Below, one piece after another: positions 25,369-36,596 of a stretch of DNA of 64,000 bases (the first letter of the stretch is position 1; each line of letters starts with the position of its first letter). Source of the stretch: Bilabrum cf. latius (lineage: Eukaryota). Location: NCBI GenBank assembly GCA_965178125.1, contig OZ237749.1:930001-994000 (forward strand), in the 5' to 3' direction. The translations under genes and the position numbers were made by a program. The notes under the pieces are model-generated. The model had not been told where the DNA came from. It saw only the letters and a program-made list of their open reading frames with translations, and searched no databases.

Positions 25369-25572
25369 GTAATTCGAAAGCTCGGCGATCTCAGTGGCGG
25401 GGGAACGTGAGTCTACCGGCCTGCGCGGGCGTGAGCTGCAGCACCGAGTTGCCGCCGGTGGCCCATGCAGCAATGCAACACCCGCACCGTACCGTACCTC
25501 CGCGTTTGAATGCCAGCGATGCACCGGTGATGGGCGATCCATGCGACACGAATACAAACACAGCCACACGGT

Positions 25573-27505
25573 TCAGACAACGCCATTTATCGAGAGGTAA
25601 GACAGCGTCAGCAGCCCGGACCCCGCGAGCCGCATGAGCAGATGCGCGGGGGCGAGCTCCGCCCGAGCCTCCGCCTCCGAGATCCCAATGTACCTTCGTG
25701 CCAGCGTGGCCGCCAGGATCGACACGCCCCAGCACAGCACCACTCTCAGCACCGTCATCTCCAGGTACGTGCCCGACAGATCCACGAAGGCCGTCGCCAG
25801 GTAAAAAAACAAAAACTCCCTCCCGAACTGCAGAGCCCGGAACAGCACCAGAGACACCCACTCGGTCTCGGACCACGACAGACCCAGGAGGCGGCCGAAC
25901 CGGCCACAGCCGCACTGCTCGCATCCACCACAGCTTGCTTGTTGCTCCCTGTTTCTGCTTGCAGCCGCTCCCGCCTAAATCTCGACGGGAGCTACCGCCA
26001 CCGCCAAAGCTCCGCCGTCCGCCCCCGATTGCCGACCACCCCGCCCGCCGTCCTCTTCCTCACGGGCCGGTCCCAAGGCAGGCCCCACCGAGCCGGGTCC
26101 CAATGAAGAGGCCCCAAACCCGGCCTCCGTGCTTCTCACGCCCGCGACCTTCCCTTCACTTCCCAACATGCCACCACCTGCCCCCTCACCGCCTCGACTG
26201 TTCCCTCGTGTGTTCCCCAGCTCCTCGATCCTGTCGCGTGGCTCTCCAAGAAACTCGGCGAGCTGGGGCCAGGCGGCCGCGGCCCACACCAAGGGGAGCG
26301 AGGTCACGGGCAGCATGATCTGGTCCGCTGCCGCATACCCGAACATGGTTATGTCGCACTTCTCCTCCAGGTAGGTCGTGCACACGATCCCCACGCCGGC
26401 GGTCAGAGCGAGCACCACAAAGGCGAGGCCGACAGAGGCCACGTGCCACAGCTCCAAGCGAGACCACCCGCCGCCCGAATCGTCACCCTCTTCTGCCTGG
26501 AGCCGAGGGGCGGATTGTAAAGAAGAGTCGTTCCAATCTCCATTTGAAGTGCCATGGTCGTGGCTTCCACCCTGGCCCAGGAGCGGGCTGGTGGCGCCGT
26601 CCTCCGGTTGCTCACCGCACCCGTCCGAGACCTAACCGCGTGGAGGTTTGGTGGCGGTTCGCAGCTGAGCTGCATGGTCGTCCGTTGCGTTAATCTGGGC
26701 TTCAGATGGCGGCTGCTAGAGCCTACTGTCGCCGCCACCGTCCCTGGGCCTCGTCTTGGTCGCGGGCGAGAGGCAGCTGAGAGCGGCGCTCAGGCTGGCC
26801 CAAGAACCCCTCCAAGAGGGAGGCAGAGTCATAATACACAACACTGTACCAATGATTGCCAGCATGACTCCAAGTGCCCCGGGCGGAGCGTCGCCAGACA
26901 TACCTACCACCCGCTCGAACGGTGCAATGAACAAGCTCGCCAGAATGAAAGCCAGCACGACTAGCACAGCTCCAAGAGGTTCCCGCAATACATAAATTAG
27001 TGCTACCCAGTATACTGTATTATTGAACGCATTCACCCAGATTCCTGGGCACCGTGCCAGGCCCAGCGGCAGCCACAGTGAGCCCTGCCGCTAGGTAACT
27101 CCCGCGGGCAATGCGAGCTAGAGAATAGCCAAAATAATAAATGCTTGTACCGCAGAGTACACGGTGACGGACGTCAGTTGGCGCAGAACGGAACGCTTGT
27201 GCACTATCCTCGAGTGCCGCTGTCCGAAAAACTCGCCACCGGCCGATAATCCCTATGTAAAGAGCAAGAGCCAAAAGCTGGGATGCCCAGTCTGCTTGGC
27301 AGCACCTAATAAGGCGCGTGCGCCCCTCAGGAAGCGCGATGCCATTCCTGGAAACAGGCCGTTTGAGCAGTTGTCGAGGCTGCAGCGACCGTCACCACGA
27401 GCTGGACTGGAGTGACGAGTTGGCGGCTGGCGGATCCGATCCGATCTTTGGCTTGCGCTGGACCAAGCCTGGGCCAGAGCTGCCAACGCAAAACCGACGG
27501 GCATG
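25573..27505 (-). CDS. Multi-pass membrane protein, possibly DMT/EamA-like transporter (5' end uncertain)
   Basis: Hydrophobic ORF pieces in one frame joined via TAG at 26716, 26632 and 25975. Probable intron 27045-27150 (VLCG|IWVNAFNN). Ends TGA. Confidence 0.55.
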
Positions 27506-27604
27506 CACCGATCAGCCAGCCGTAACCGAGACCGTGGAGCGTCATGGTCCCCCAGCCTGAGGGACCGTGCAGCCAGCGGCACTCCAAAGGGATCGGGCCA
27601 GGGC

Positions 27605-30600
27605 TCATGCGAGCACGTGCGCCCCCGTCCGCACCACGTGTACCCCGGGCTCGAGAGTGACAACCGCGTACTGCTCGTGCGGCTGCTCGAGCTCCAGCTC
27701 CACCTCGCCCAGCCTCTGGCCGTCCACCTCAACCCTCCTCCGAGTCGGTTCGCTGCCCCTGCTGGCCACAGGGGCATACACCACCGCCCTGCAGCTGCCG
27801 GGAACCTCCACCCGAACGCTGAACCCAGCGGGTGCAAGACCGCTGGCACCGCCCGTCCTCCTCCCCAGCTCGCCCGGCTCCTGCTGCAGAGTCTGGTTCA
27901 CGTCGACAGGGATGGGCCCTCGGATCGAGGGAACAACTAGGCTTGCCCTCGTCAGCGCGCCCAGCTGAGGCCTGACTTCGAAGGTGGCAAATCCCGGCGC
28001 GGTCGCCTTCACCCCCATCAGGTACTCCGCCACAACCCACACCAAAGGGGCCCCCCACGGGTGCGAGAAGGTGAGGTTGGGCTTCTCGCTCGGGTCCCAC
28101 GCCTCCATGCCAGCGGTGGCATTGAGCGACAGCTGGTGCAGCCACGAGTGGGGGCCTGCAGCCGCCATGAACTTCACACCCGCATGCCCGTGGTCAGTCA
28201 CGTTCTAGAAGAGCACCGTCAGTGCCCACGGGCCCAGGTACACGCCGCCCACGATGCCGTCCTGCTCCTCCATGCGCCGCAGCACCATACCCCGGAGAGC
28301 CGCCTGCTGCTCCTCTTCAAGGCCGTCGGCCAGTCCGTGCAGCATGGCAAACACAGTGCTGTGCCAGGCCTGGTGCGGGGTACCGGCTCCATCAATGAAG
28401 CCGTCGGCCAGCTGCTGCTCTTCTTCTTCACCCTCCCTTCCGGGGTCCGGCAGCAGCAGCGTTTGTGCTGCCCTGCGCATGCGAGATGCCGCTGCCGCCG
28501 CCCTGTCAGCGTCCTGCGAGCGGTTGAGTGCCCTGGCAAGCGCCTCGAAGCTGACGAGGGCACGGTAGCTGAACGCGTTTACCACCGTGTTCTCTGGACG
28601 GTACACGAACCCGTCCCTCAAGTTGGATGGCCAGTCGATCTCGGGTCCGTTGCAGCTGAAGAGCGTCACGTTCGCGGTGCAGTGCTCCACTCGACTGAGA
28701 CCGCCACACGGTGGACAGGACCACAGACCAGAGGACTGGTTCACCAGCGCCGTCCCTGTCCAGTTCCTCAGGGTGGCGTAGTGCCTCTCGGCTAGGTCCA
28801 GCAGCCCCGTCCTCATGTAATCCTGGTAGGTCGAGATGACCATGATCATGGGCCACTCGGCCGCCCGGGGCCCGCCCCAGCCCCGCTGCTGGATGCCGTA
28901 CTCGAGCGACTGCCGCTGCACCATGAACTCGAGCGAGGAGGCCCAGCCCATGCGGCTGTTGATGTTGATGTTCTCGCCGCACATCACGTCTCGCTGCCTG
29001 GTGTTCGAGTCGGTGAACATGTCGATGGTGGTGGTCACCTGCGTGTCCCGACTCAGCCCGTGGACCCTTGTCACTGCCTGTGCCAGCGTGGCATTTCCAG
29101 ACTCCGCCTCGAACTCTGTGCCGGTGTAGTCGGCATCGTACCGCACTCGCCAAGCAGAGATGTTGAAGGAGGACGCGGGAGGCGGGGCCTGCTGGGATGC
29201 ATTCAAACCGGGCAGCACCCGGATCCTCGCGAACCGAAACTCGGAGTACTCGTGCTGGGTGAACCGCTGGGACCCCGCCCTCAGCGTCCACTACTCGTGG
29301 TAGTCGTTGCCCGTGTGCATGGGCACCTTGAGATCCCGGGGCCAGGCTGTGCCCGGCAGTAGGTCCTCGGTCATGGACACGTCCAGGACGGTTCCCTCAC
29401 TTCCGGGCGGGGCATCCACAGCCACGTCCATGCCGCCCATGAACTCGAGGCCGAAATCGACGAACAGGTCCAGGGTATGCGACGAGGGGTACTGACGGAT
29501 GTCCTGCGGCTGCAGACCGTGTGTGACGAGCACGTTGTTGCTCGGTCTCGGTCGCAGCGGGGCCCACCATCCTGGCGCAGGCACGGCCTGCTCCCACGAA
29601 GAGTCGTTGAATCCCGCCTGCCGCCAGCCGACGGGCTCCTGCCTTGCGTCGAAGTTGTCGTGCGGCTGGTACTGGTCCTGCTTGTAGGCCGAGGCGCAGC
29701 ACGATGGGTTAAAGTAGTCCGTGGCGTTGTACGCCTTAAATGAAGGCCCTGATCCGACGGAGATCCTGGTCCCGTTCCGAAGCACCAGGTCTAGCTGCAG
29801 GAGAACCTTGGGCGGGATAGGCCCGTCCTCGCCGTAGTTCCTGGACATGTACGTCTGCAGGGCCACGACCATCGTAGACGGTGCAGAATCGCTGCCATCT
29901 TGGGATCGTTCAGCCTGAAGCTCGCCCTCAAGCTGCCCCTCTGTGCCCCAGGGGCCGATTGCGCCGTCTCCCTTCTCTGCACTTTGTCCCGGCACCTTCA
30001 TCTGCGCCTGCTCACTGGCAGGCCTTTGCCTCCCTGCACTGGCGCCCTGGGTCACCAGCGCAGTGACGTCATACACGTCATAGAGGTGATGGGGCTCGCA
30101 GGAGCACTCTGTGGTCGCGTCTTGGATGGGGCACACGGGGCCGCAGGTGGACACCCGGCCGGGACCCATCCCCACAAGGGCACCGTCGAGGTACAGCTTG
30201 TACGAGGCGAGCAGCTTGGCGTTCTGGACGCCGCTCCCGTGGGTCGTCTGGGGGTTGGCGGTGATTCCCGCGAGGGCAAGCACGACGTCTTGGCGGAACG
30301 ACACCTCGATTTCCCTGCGGAAGAGGACGAATCCGTCGGCGCCCTCCATCCACATGGGAGTGGATGTGGCTGCATCGGGCTCCCCTGACCAGCCTGTCGT
30401 GAAGGAGGCCCAATCGCTCCATGGCAGGCACTCTCCGCGAGTCATGCACGCAGAGACTCTCCATTTGTAGGCATGCATGGCCTGCAGCAGGCCTTCGCTG
30501 ATCACAAGATCCGTTGAGGGCGCTGCAGATGTGCCATTCTGCTCTAGCAATATCTTGCCCGTCACAGAATCAGCCAGCTCAAGGCCGAATGATTCTTGGT

Positions 30601-30784
30601 CCCCGTGGCCGCTCGGTAGAGCCCACGATACAAAAGCTGAGCTTGTGTTGGGCTGAACTGGGCCGTAGCTACGAAGATTCGTCAGCAGCTGAAATGGAGC
30701 ATCTTGGCTATCCAGTCGCGATGCCTCGACTCTAGACTAGTGCACGACACCAAATATCGCAAAAAGACTCGAGGCCACCCGCAT
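27605..30784 (-). CDS. Alpha-L-rhamnosidase-like glycoside hydrolase (GH78), secreted, ~1059 aa
   Basis: LYLDG..VG.GP, YDVYDVT, FDARQEP.GW..AGFNDSSW, FVDFGLE, FTDSNTRQR, EAWDP...SHPWGAP, LMGVK..PGF. TAG at 30737, 29291 and 28205. No intron. Ends TGA. Confidence 0.85.
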
Positions 30785-30885
30785 GCAAGAAAAGAAATGG
30801 TCTGGAAGGATCGGAGTTGCACTTGGGCGGCGCCGGTTCCAACCTCCCGCTGCGATCTCATTGTACTTCACAATAGCACGTAGCT
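30785..30885. promoter_or_regulatory. Probable bidirectional promoter between GH78 and GH28 genes
   Basis: Only 101 bp separate the two divergent ATGs. No specific motif identified. Confidence 0.5.
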
Positions 30886-32256
30886 ATGACCTCTATGTGT
30901 AGGATCGCCATTCTTACTGCTTGTGCTTCGAGTATGATGGCCGAGTCGAAGCGTTGCGACGTCGTGGTTGACTGCAAAGCGGACGCGACAAACGTCAGCA
31001 TCTCGACATCACAAGTGTAGGCCTGTGTAAACGAATGCTTGCATGGAGGAGAGGTTTATATCCCCAACAATGCCGCAATTCGCATCAGCTCAATCGATCT
31101 TACGGGAGCATCCGACTTTGCGCTGACGTTTGGGCGAAATGCCTCGCTGAATGCTGTGCAGGACCCGTCCCTGTACCCGCTGGTCCCCTTCCTGCCGTTC
31201 GGCGAAAAAACGAGCTACAGGCCTATTATTTACGGCTGGAATGTGACAAATGTAACGATCGCCGGCTCGGAGCAATGGGCTGCGTTCTCCGAAGAGCCGC
31301 CGGTGCTGAACGGCGCAGGAGGCCCATGGTGGTTCAATTTTACAAAGGGAGTGCTCAAGTACAACCGCCCGAAGCTGATAGAACTGGCCAATGGAACGCA
31401 GATCACCATCAAGGATCTGCACCTGCGGGACTCCCCCAACTGGACCAACCACGTGTACGGGACGTCTGGCGTGAAGTTCAAGCGCCTCCTGGTGACGGCC
31501 CCTCGCGCCGTGGGGAACACGGACGGCATCCACCCGGAGTCGTGCTCGCACGTGCTCATCGACAGCTGCCACGTTGACGTGGGCGACGACGCAATCACGC
31601 TCACCTCCTCGGCTTGGCCCCACACGGACCGCTGCTCGGCCACCCGGCACGTACTCATCACCAACTCGACGCTGCTCTCTAGGAACCTCGCCATAGGATC
31701 GCAGACGTTCTGCGGGGTGCACGACGTGCTCGTGCAGGGGGGCCGCATCGGGGACGACGGGAACGCGCAGGGGATCGGCTCCTCCCCCTGGGCCTTCAAG
31801 ATCAAGCAGCACCAGGACCAGGGGGGTGACGTGTCCAACGTCACTCTCGACGGAGTGAGGGTGGGCCGCATCACGCCCAACCCGTGGCAGCAGAAGCATG
31901 GAGGTTGGTTGGTCACCGCCTACATGAACTACGGCGAAGAGGGAGAGGAGGGAGGGGCGACGGAGGGGCCCCGCTCCCAGCACGCGCACCCGTGGGGCCT
32001 CGCCGATGATGACGAGCCCGCCCCCGCCCCTCCTCCGACCATCCGGGATGTCACGCTGCGCAACATTGTCGTGACGAGCGCGATTTATCCCGCCTCGCTG
32101 ACGGGCCTCCCGTCGTCGTACATCTCAGGCATCACCTACGACAACGTCACGATCCTCGACACGCAGCACACGCAGCCTTGGAGCTGCCACTACGTCAGGA
32201 ACACCACGGTCATCAACTCGTCTCCTGGGCCTGCACCCGGCACCTGTGGGACATGA
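30886..32256 (+). CDS. GH28 polygalacturonase-like glycoside hydrolase, secreted, 456 aa
   Basis: Signal peptide, DSPNW, NTDGIHPESC, VGDDAI, AIGS, FKIK. TAG at 31018. Ends TGA. Confidence 0.88.
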
Positions 32257-32513
32257 GTGGGCCTAGCGCTGTGCTGGTGCTAGGGCCCAGCACATAGTGC
32301 CTGGCAGCACTAGTCAATGATGACACAGGTGGCGTGAGTGTTGCTGTCATGGCAGGGAGTGAGCTTGCGTCCCCCCGAAATGCCTGAAGTATACTTGAAA
32401 ACACTCGCCTAAACCAAGCTTTATAGTTATAATTATTGCCTGTCCATGTTTTTTATCCATCAATTCGATTCGAGGGCTCGCCGTATAAAAGCCATGCCTA
32501 TCCCATTTACGCC

Positions 32514-35500
32514 TCAGTCGGTGGCTCCCCCCCCAGCCGCTCCCCCTGCCGGCGCCTCCTCCCCGACAGACTTGAGCGTCTTGGTCAGGATCTCGCGCGT
32601 ATTTTTCGAGGGTGACCCGCCCAGGATGCCCCGCACCTGCTCGACCTGCAGGGCCCGCAGCGCTGGAGTCACGCTCCTGGCCTTGTCAAAGCAGCCCGCC
32701 ATGCGCGCGCCCACCTGCGCGTTCTTCTCGTCCACCCGCTTGAGCATCTCAGCCACGGCGGCGTACCCCTTACCGGAGGCGTCGTGGAAGGCCCGTGGAT
32801 TGCCGTACGCAAACCCACCCAGCAAGGCGTACACCTTGTTGGGGTTGGTGATGGCGAAGGCAGGGTGCTTCTGCAACTCGTCCAGCACCTCGGGGCCCTC
32901 CGCCGTGGACGCCTGAGTCCGGAACCACTTGTCCAGTACCAAGGCGTCGTCCTTGTGCTTCTCTCCGAACGCGCGGATGCTCTCCGTCCGCTGGGGCGAG
33001 CCAGCCGGCAGTGCGCAGCAGATGGAGAACCCTGCGAACTCGTCCGTCATGTTGGTCGCATCCGTCTGCAGGGCAAGGGCGCGGTCCGCTGCGCTGACGC
33101 TCCCGGCTCCAGAGGTGGCCTTGCCCGCCGCAGCCTCCTCACCCTTGGCCAGCAGAGCCAGCGCTGAGGCACGCACGGCCCTGCAAGCCTTGTCCAGCTG
33201 GCTGTTCCAGTCGTACTTGCCGTCGCCCGACTGCAGCCGGAGGGTGGAAGCCTCCCACACGGCGTTCAGCTCTTCGCTTAGGGTCGTGCCAAGCTCCTGC
33301 TGCAGGCCCTTCTTGGCGTCAGCGATGGCAACCGGGTCAACGCACCCGTAGATCTTCTCCGCCTCCTGCTGCAGGGCGGACAGGGACGGCAGGGCAAGGA
33401 TGTGTGAGGCCAAGAAGGCAGTCACCGAGGCAGCCGCCTCGTCGCTGCCACCCACGGCCCCGCGAGGCCCCGCGGCCTCGATGGCCTCCTTGGCGCCCTT
33501 CAAAACCGTGCGCATGGACTCAACGCACGCCGCCCTGGTGCCTTCTGCCAGCTTGGGGGCGGAAGCGCCCTCCTTGGCGCCCTCGGGGGCGGGCACCGCA
33601 GCCACGATGACATCGGTGGCCACCTCGCCCGCGGCCTCTGACTTGTTCACCACGTCAGTGTCGTGCGCCAGACGGAAGAGCCTGTTCTCCAGCGAGTCGC
33701 CCTCCACGGTGAGGCGCACGGGAGCGCTGAAATTGCGCAGCAGGGAGGGCACGGGCTGCGCCGACACGCCCTCTAGAACGAATGTCTGCTCGGGCTCGGT
33801 CAGGTGCAGCACAACCTCGGCAGAGGGTGCAGCCGTGGCGGCGGCGGCATCATCCCCGGGGGCATCGACGCCCGCGAGGATGGCCTTGCCCCAGCGCTGG
33901 CTCCACTCGGCGGGGTCGGCGCGCAGGGTGACCGGCATGGCCTTGCCGTCGGGGCCCAGCAGCGACATGCGCACGGGGATGTGCAGCGCGGGCTTGGGGC
34001 CCTTCTGCGTGGGCGTGTCGGGGACGGTCTGCGACAGGGTGACACTGCAGGTCTTGGACGCCTCGTCCCAGGCGACCTTCGCATTTACGTGAGGCGTGCC
34101 CGCCACTGCGTACCACCTGCGGAACTGCAAGAGGGGCCTGTCGCCCGCCGCCAGGAAGGGCGCGTCCACCCACCTGGACATGGAGTCCTCCACGCTCTTC
34201 ACGGAGCCGTCAATGTCCTTGAGTCCTCCCCAGTTGGCGTCCTCCATGGCCGTGCAGAAGTCGTTGCAGGTGACCGCCTGCCCGTCGTGCCTCTCAAAGT
34301 ACAGGTCGGTCGCCCGGCGGAAGCGGTCCCTGCCCAGGATGGTCTCGTACATGCGCACCACCTCGGCGCCGCCATCGTACACGGTCACCGAGTAGAAGCT
34401 GCGAGCAGAAAGGACCGACGAAACTGGTGCCAAAGATATCAATTGGAGAATGTGCATGCAGATCTATGAGCTCGAACATGCATGCATATAGAAAACACAC
34501 GCAAGTAGGAGCACTATGGAACACGCAGTGGCGCAAGAGTTGTTCCGATGCCTCACTTGTCGATGGCCTCCACCTCGTCGGGACGGATTGGGTGGGACAT
34601 TGGCCCTCCTGCCTCGTCGAACTGGGCCGACTTGACCGTGCGGACGTCGTCCAGGCGCTTCATGGCGGGCGACAGCTCGTCCATGGTGAAGGCCTGGTCC
34701 CTGAACACGGTGAAACCCTCCTTTAGGGTCACTGCGGATGGGATTGACAACTAGAGCGTACGGATAGAGGCGTGCTAGGGTGACCGGTCACAGCGGCACG
34801 TCAACAAACCAGTACCCATGGAAGTCACCAAGCAGTACCCATGGAAGTCATCTAGTGCCCTCTCACGCTGGAACCAGTCCTGACAGGTCACGCGGTTACC
34901 CGAATAGTTGTGGAAGTACTCGTGTCTGCGTAGGGATGGGCAAGGGAGATGAAAGGGAGTGAGTGTAGGTTGGAGGCACCGCGTGGCATGGCAAACGAGT
35001 GGAAACGGTCCGGCCGCACAATCGCCCATTGAGACTCACCCTACCACGTCGCAGATCATGTCCAGGTCAAAGTCAGTGGCACTCCTCTCGGAGCCCAGCA
35101 CGTACTTGGTGTTGAACACGTTCAGGCTCTTATTCTCCATGGCACCCATAGTGAAGTCTGGGGTGGCCACGATGTTAAACTAATCCAGGTCGTAGACTCG
35201 ACCAAAGCGGCGCTCGTCCCAGGCCATAGACCGCTGCAGGCTGCGCATGGCGTGCCCGCACCGCTCGATGTCGTCACCGATTGCGAAGATGCGCAGGCGC
35301 ACGTCCACGCCGTCCTTGCGCTTGAACGAGTCCTCCAGCACGTTGAAGTCGCCCGCCACCAGAGCAAACAGGTAGGTCGGCTTGCGCCAGGGGTCCACCC
35401 ATTTCACCCAGTGCTTGCCCTCGGCGGAAGGGTCCTCCGGCGTGCCCTCCCCCTTCTCCACGTCGTTTCCGTTCGAGAGAAGGAACGGGTACTTGGTTCT

Positions 35501-36046
35501 GTCGGCTGTGACGACGCACGAATACGAGCTCATCACGTCGGGACGATCGAACTGGGGGGAAAACCGCCTGAATCCCTGTGCCTCCATCTGCGTGATGAAC
35601 ATCTTGCCGCCCTGCGCCTTGTACAGGCCGCTCAGCTCCGTGTTGTCTGCGGGCTTATGCCTGGTCAACGTGGTGATCTCGAATGTGTCCGAGCCGGACG
35701 AACCCACGGAGCCAACTGCTGCTGCGGTTGCGGCCGCAGAAACGGATAGCTTGTCCTCATCTTTCTTGTGCTCGAAAGCTCCTGGCTCAAGCCTGGTCCC
35801 ACTGACGGCGACTGAGAGCACTTCCACAAACTTAGAAAGATCGAGCTCGATCGTGCTGGCGGGTGCGCCTGTTGCCGTTTCGAATGCAGCGTTTGGACGG
35901 GCTGCCAGCGTGGAACTTACAGTAGTCCACTCATCGTCGAGCTCTACTTTCAAATCGACCGTGTCAACTAAGAATGGTGGTGGTGTGTAATCTAGGCGCC
36001 GCAAGACCGTGACTGCAGGTTTGCTCCCTGGCGCTGATGCAGACAT
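32514..36046 (-). CDS. pepN: Aminopeptidase N (M1 family, PepN-type), ~1041 aa
   Basis: [15 protein letters not shown]...[12 protein letters not shown]. Introns 34926-35039, 34732-34866 and 34399-34556. TAG at 35180 (YDLD*FNIVA). Ends TGA. Confidence 0.93.
34810..34850. repeat. 18-bp direct repeat inside an aminopeptidase N intron
   Basis: cagtacccatggaagtca at 34810-34827 and 34833-34850. Confidence 0.85.
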
Positions 36047-36596
36047 ACTGCGATACGGACCGCATACTGGCACATAGTTGTCACTTATTAAAACGCGGGA
36101 CAGAGAACCCCACTGCCTGCCTTGCCGCTGCCGGGAGTTCACGCATGTGTTGCTGCTCATTGCAAAGCATCGAGAAATCGAGCACCCCTACGACGCATAT
36201 TTCACAAGCTACTGCCTAGATCGGCGAAGTATTATTCGATTCATGCGCAGTGTATGGGCAGATAATCCACCTAACGTGTCTGGTAGCCTCACCTTTTACA
36301 AAGTGTGAGGTGTCTGCGATTTTCCCAAAAGCGCACGGTACAAAGGCTACGAGTCGCGCGCGGCGCGCGCGTAGCGAGTGCAGAAAGAAAGGCAAGGGAG
36401 TGACTACCCTCCTCACAACAGCCACATTTCAGCTTCAGGTGAGAGAATTTTATGCTTTTTCTCAGATGCCCTCCGGTGAAAAGGCTGGTCAGATCGTGCT
36501 ACTGGTAGCATTCCTGGTCACAACGAATGCAGTCAACCGTTGCATTGCCAGAATACCACGGCTTGCACCCACTTACGACTCGCAGGAATCGCTCGA

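Noticed and set aside
22156-32256. Bacterial contaminant or chimeric contig
   Set aside because: The genes use the same TAG-as-sense code and 5' AT gradient as their intron-containing neighbours.
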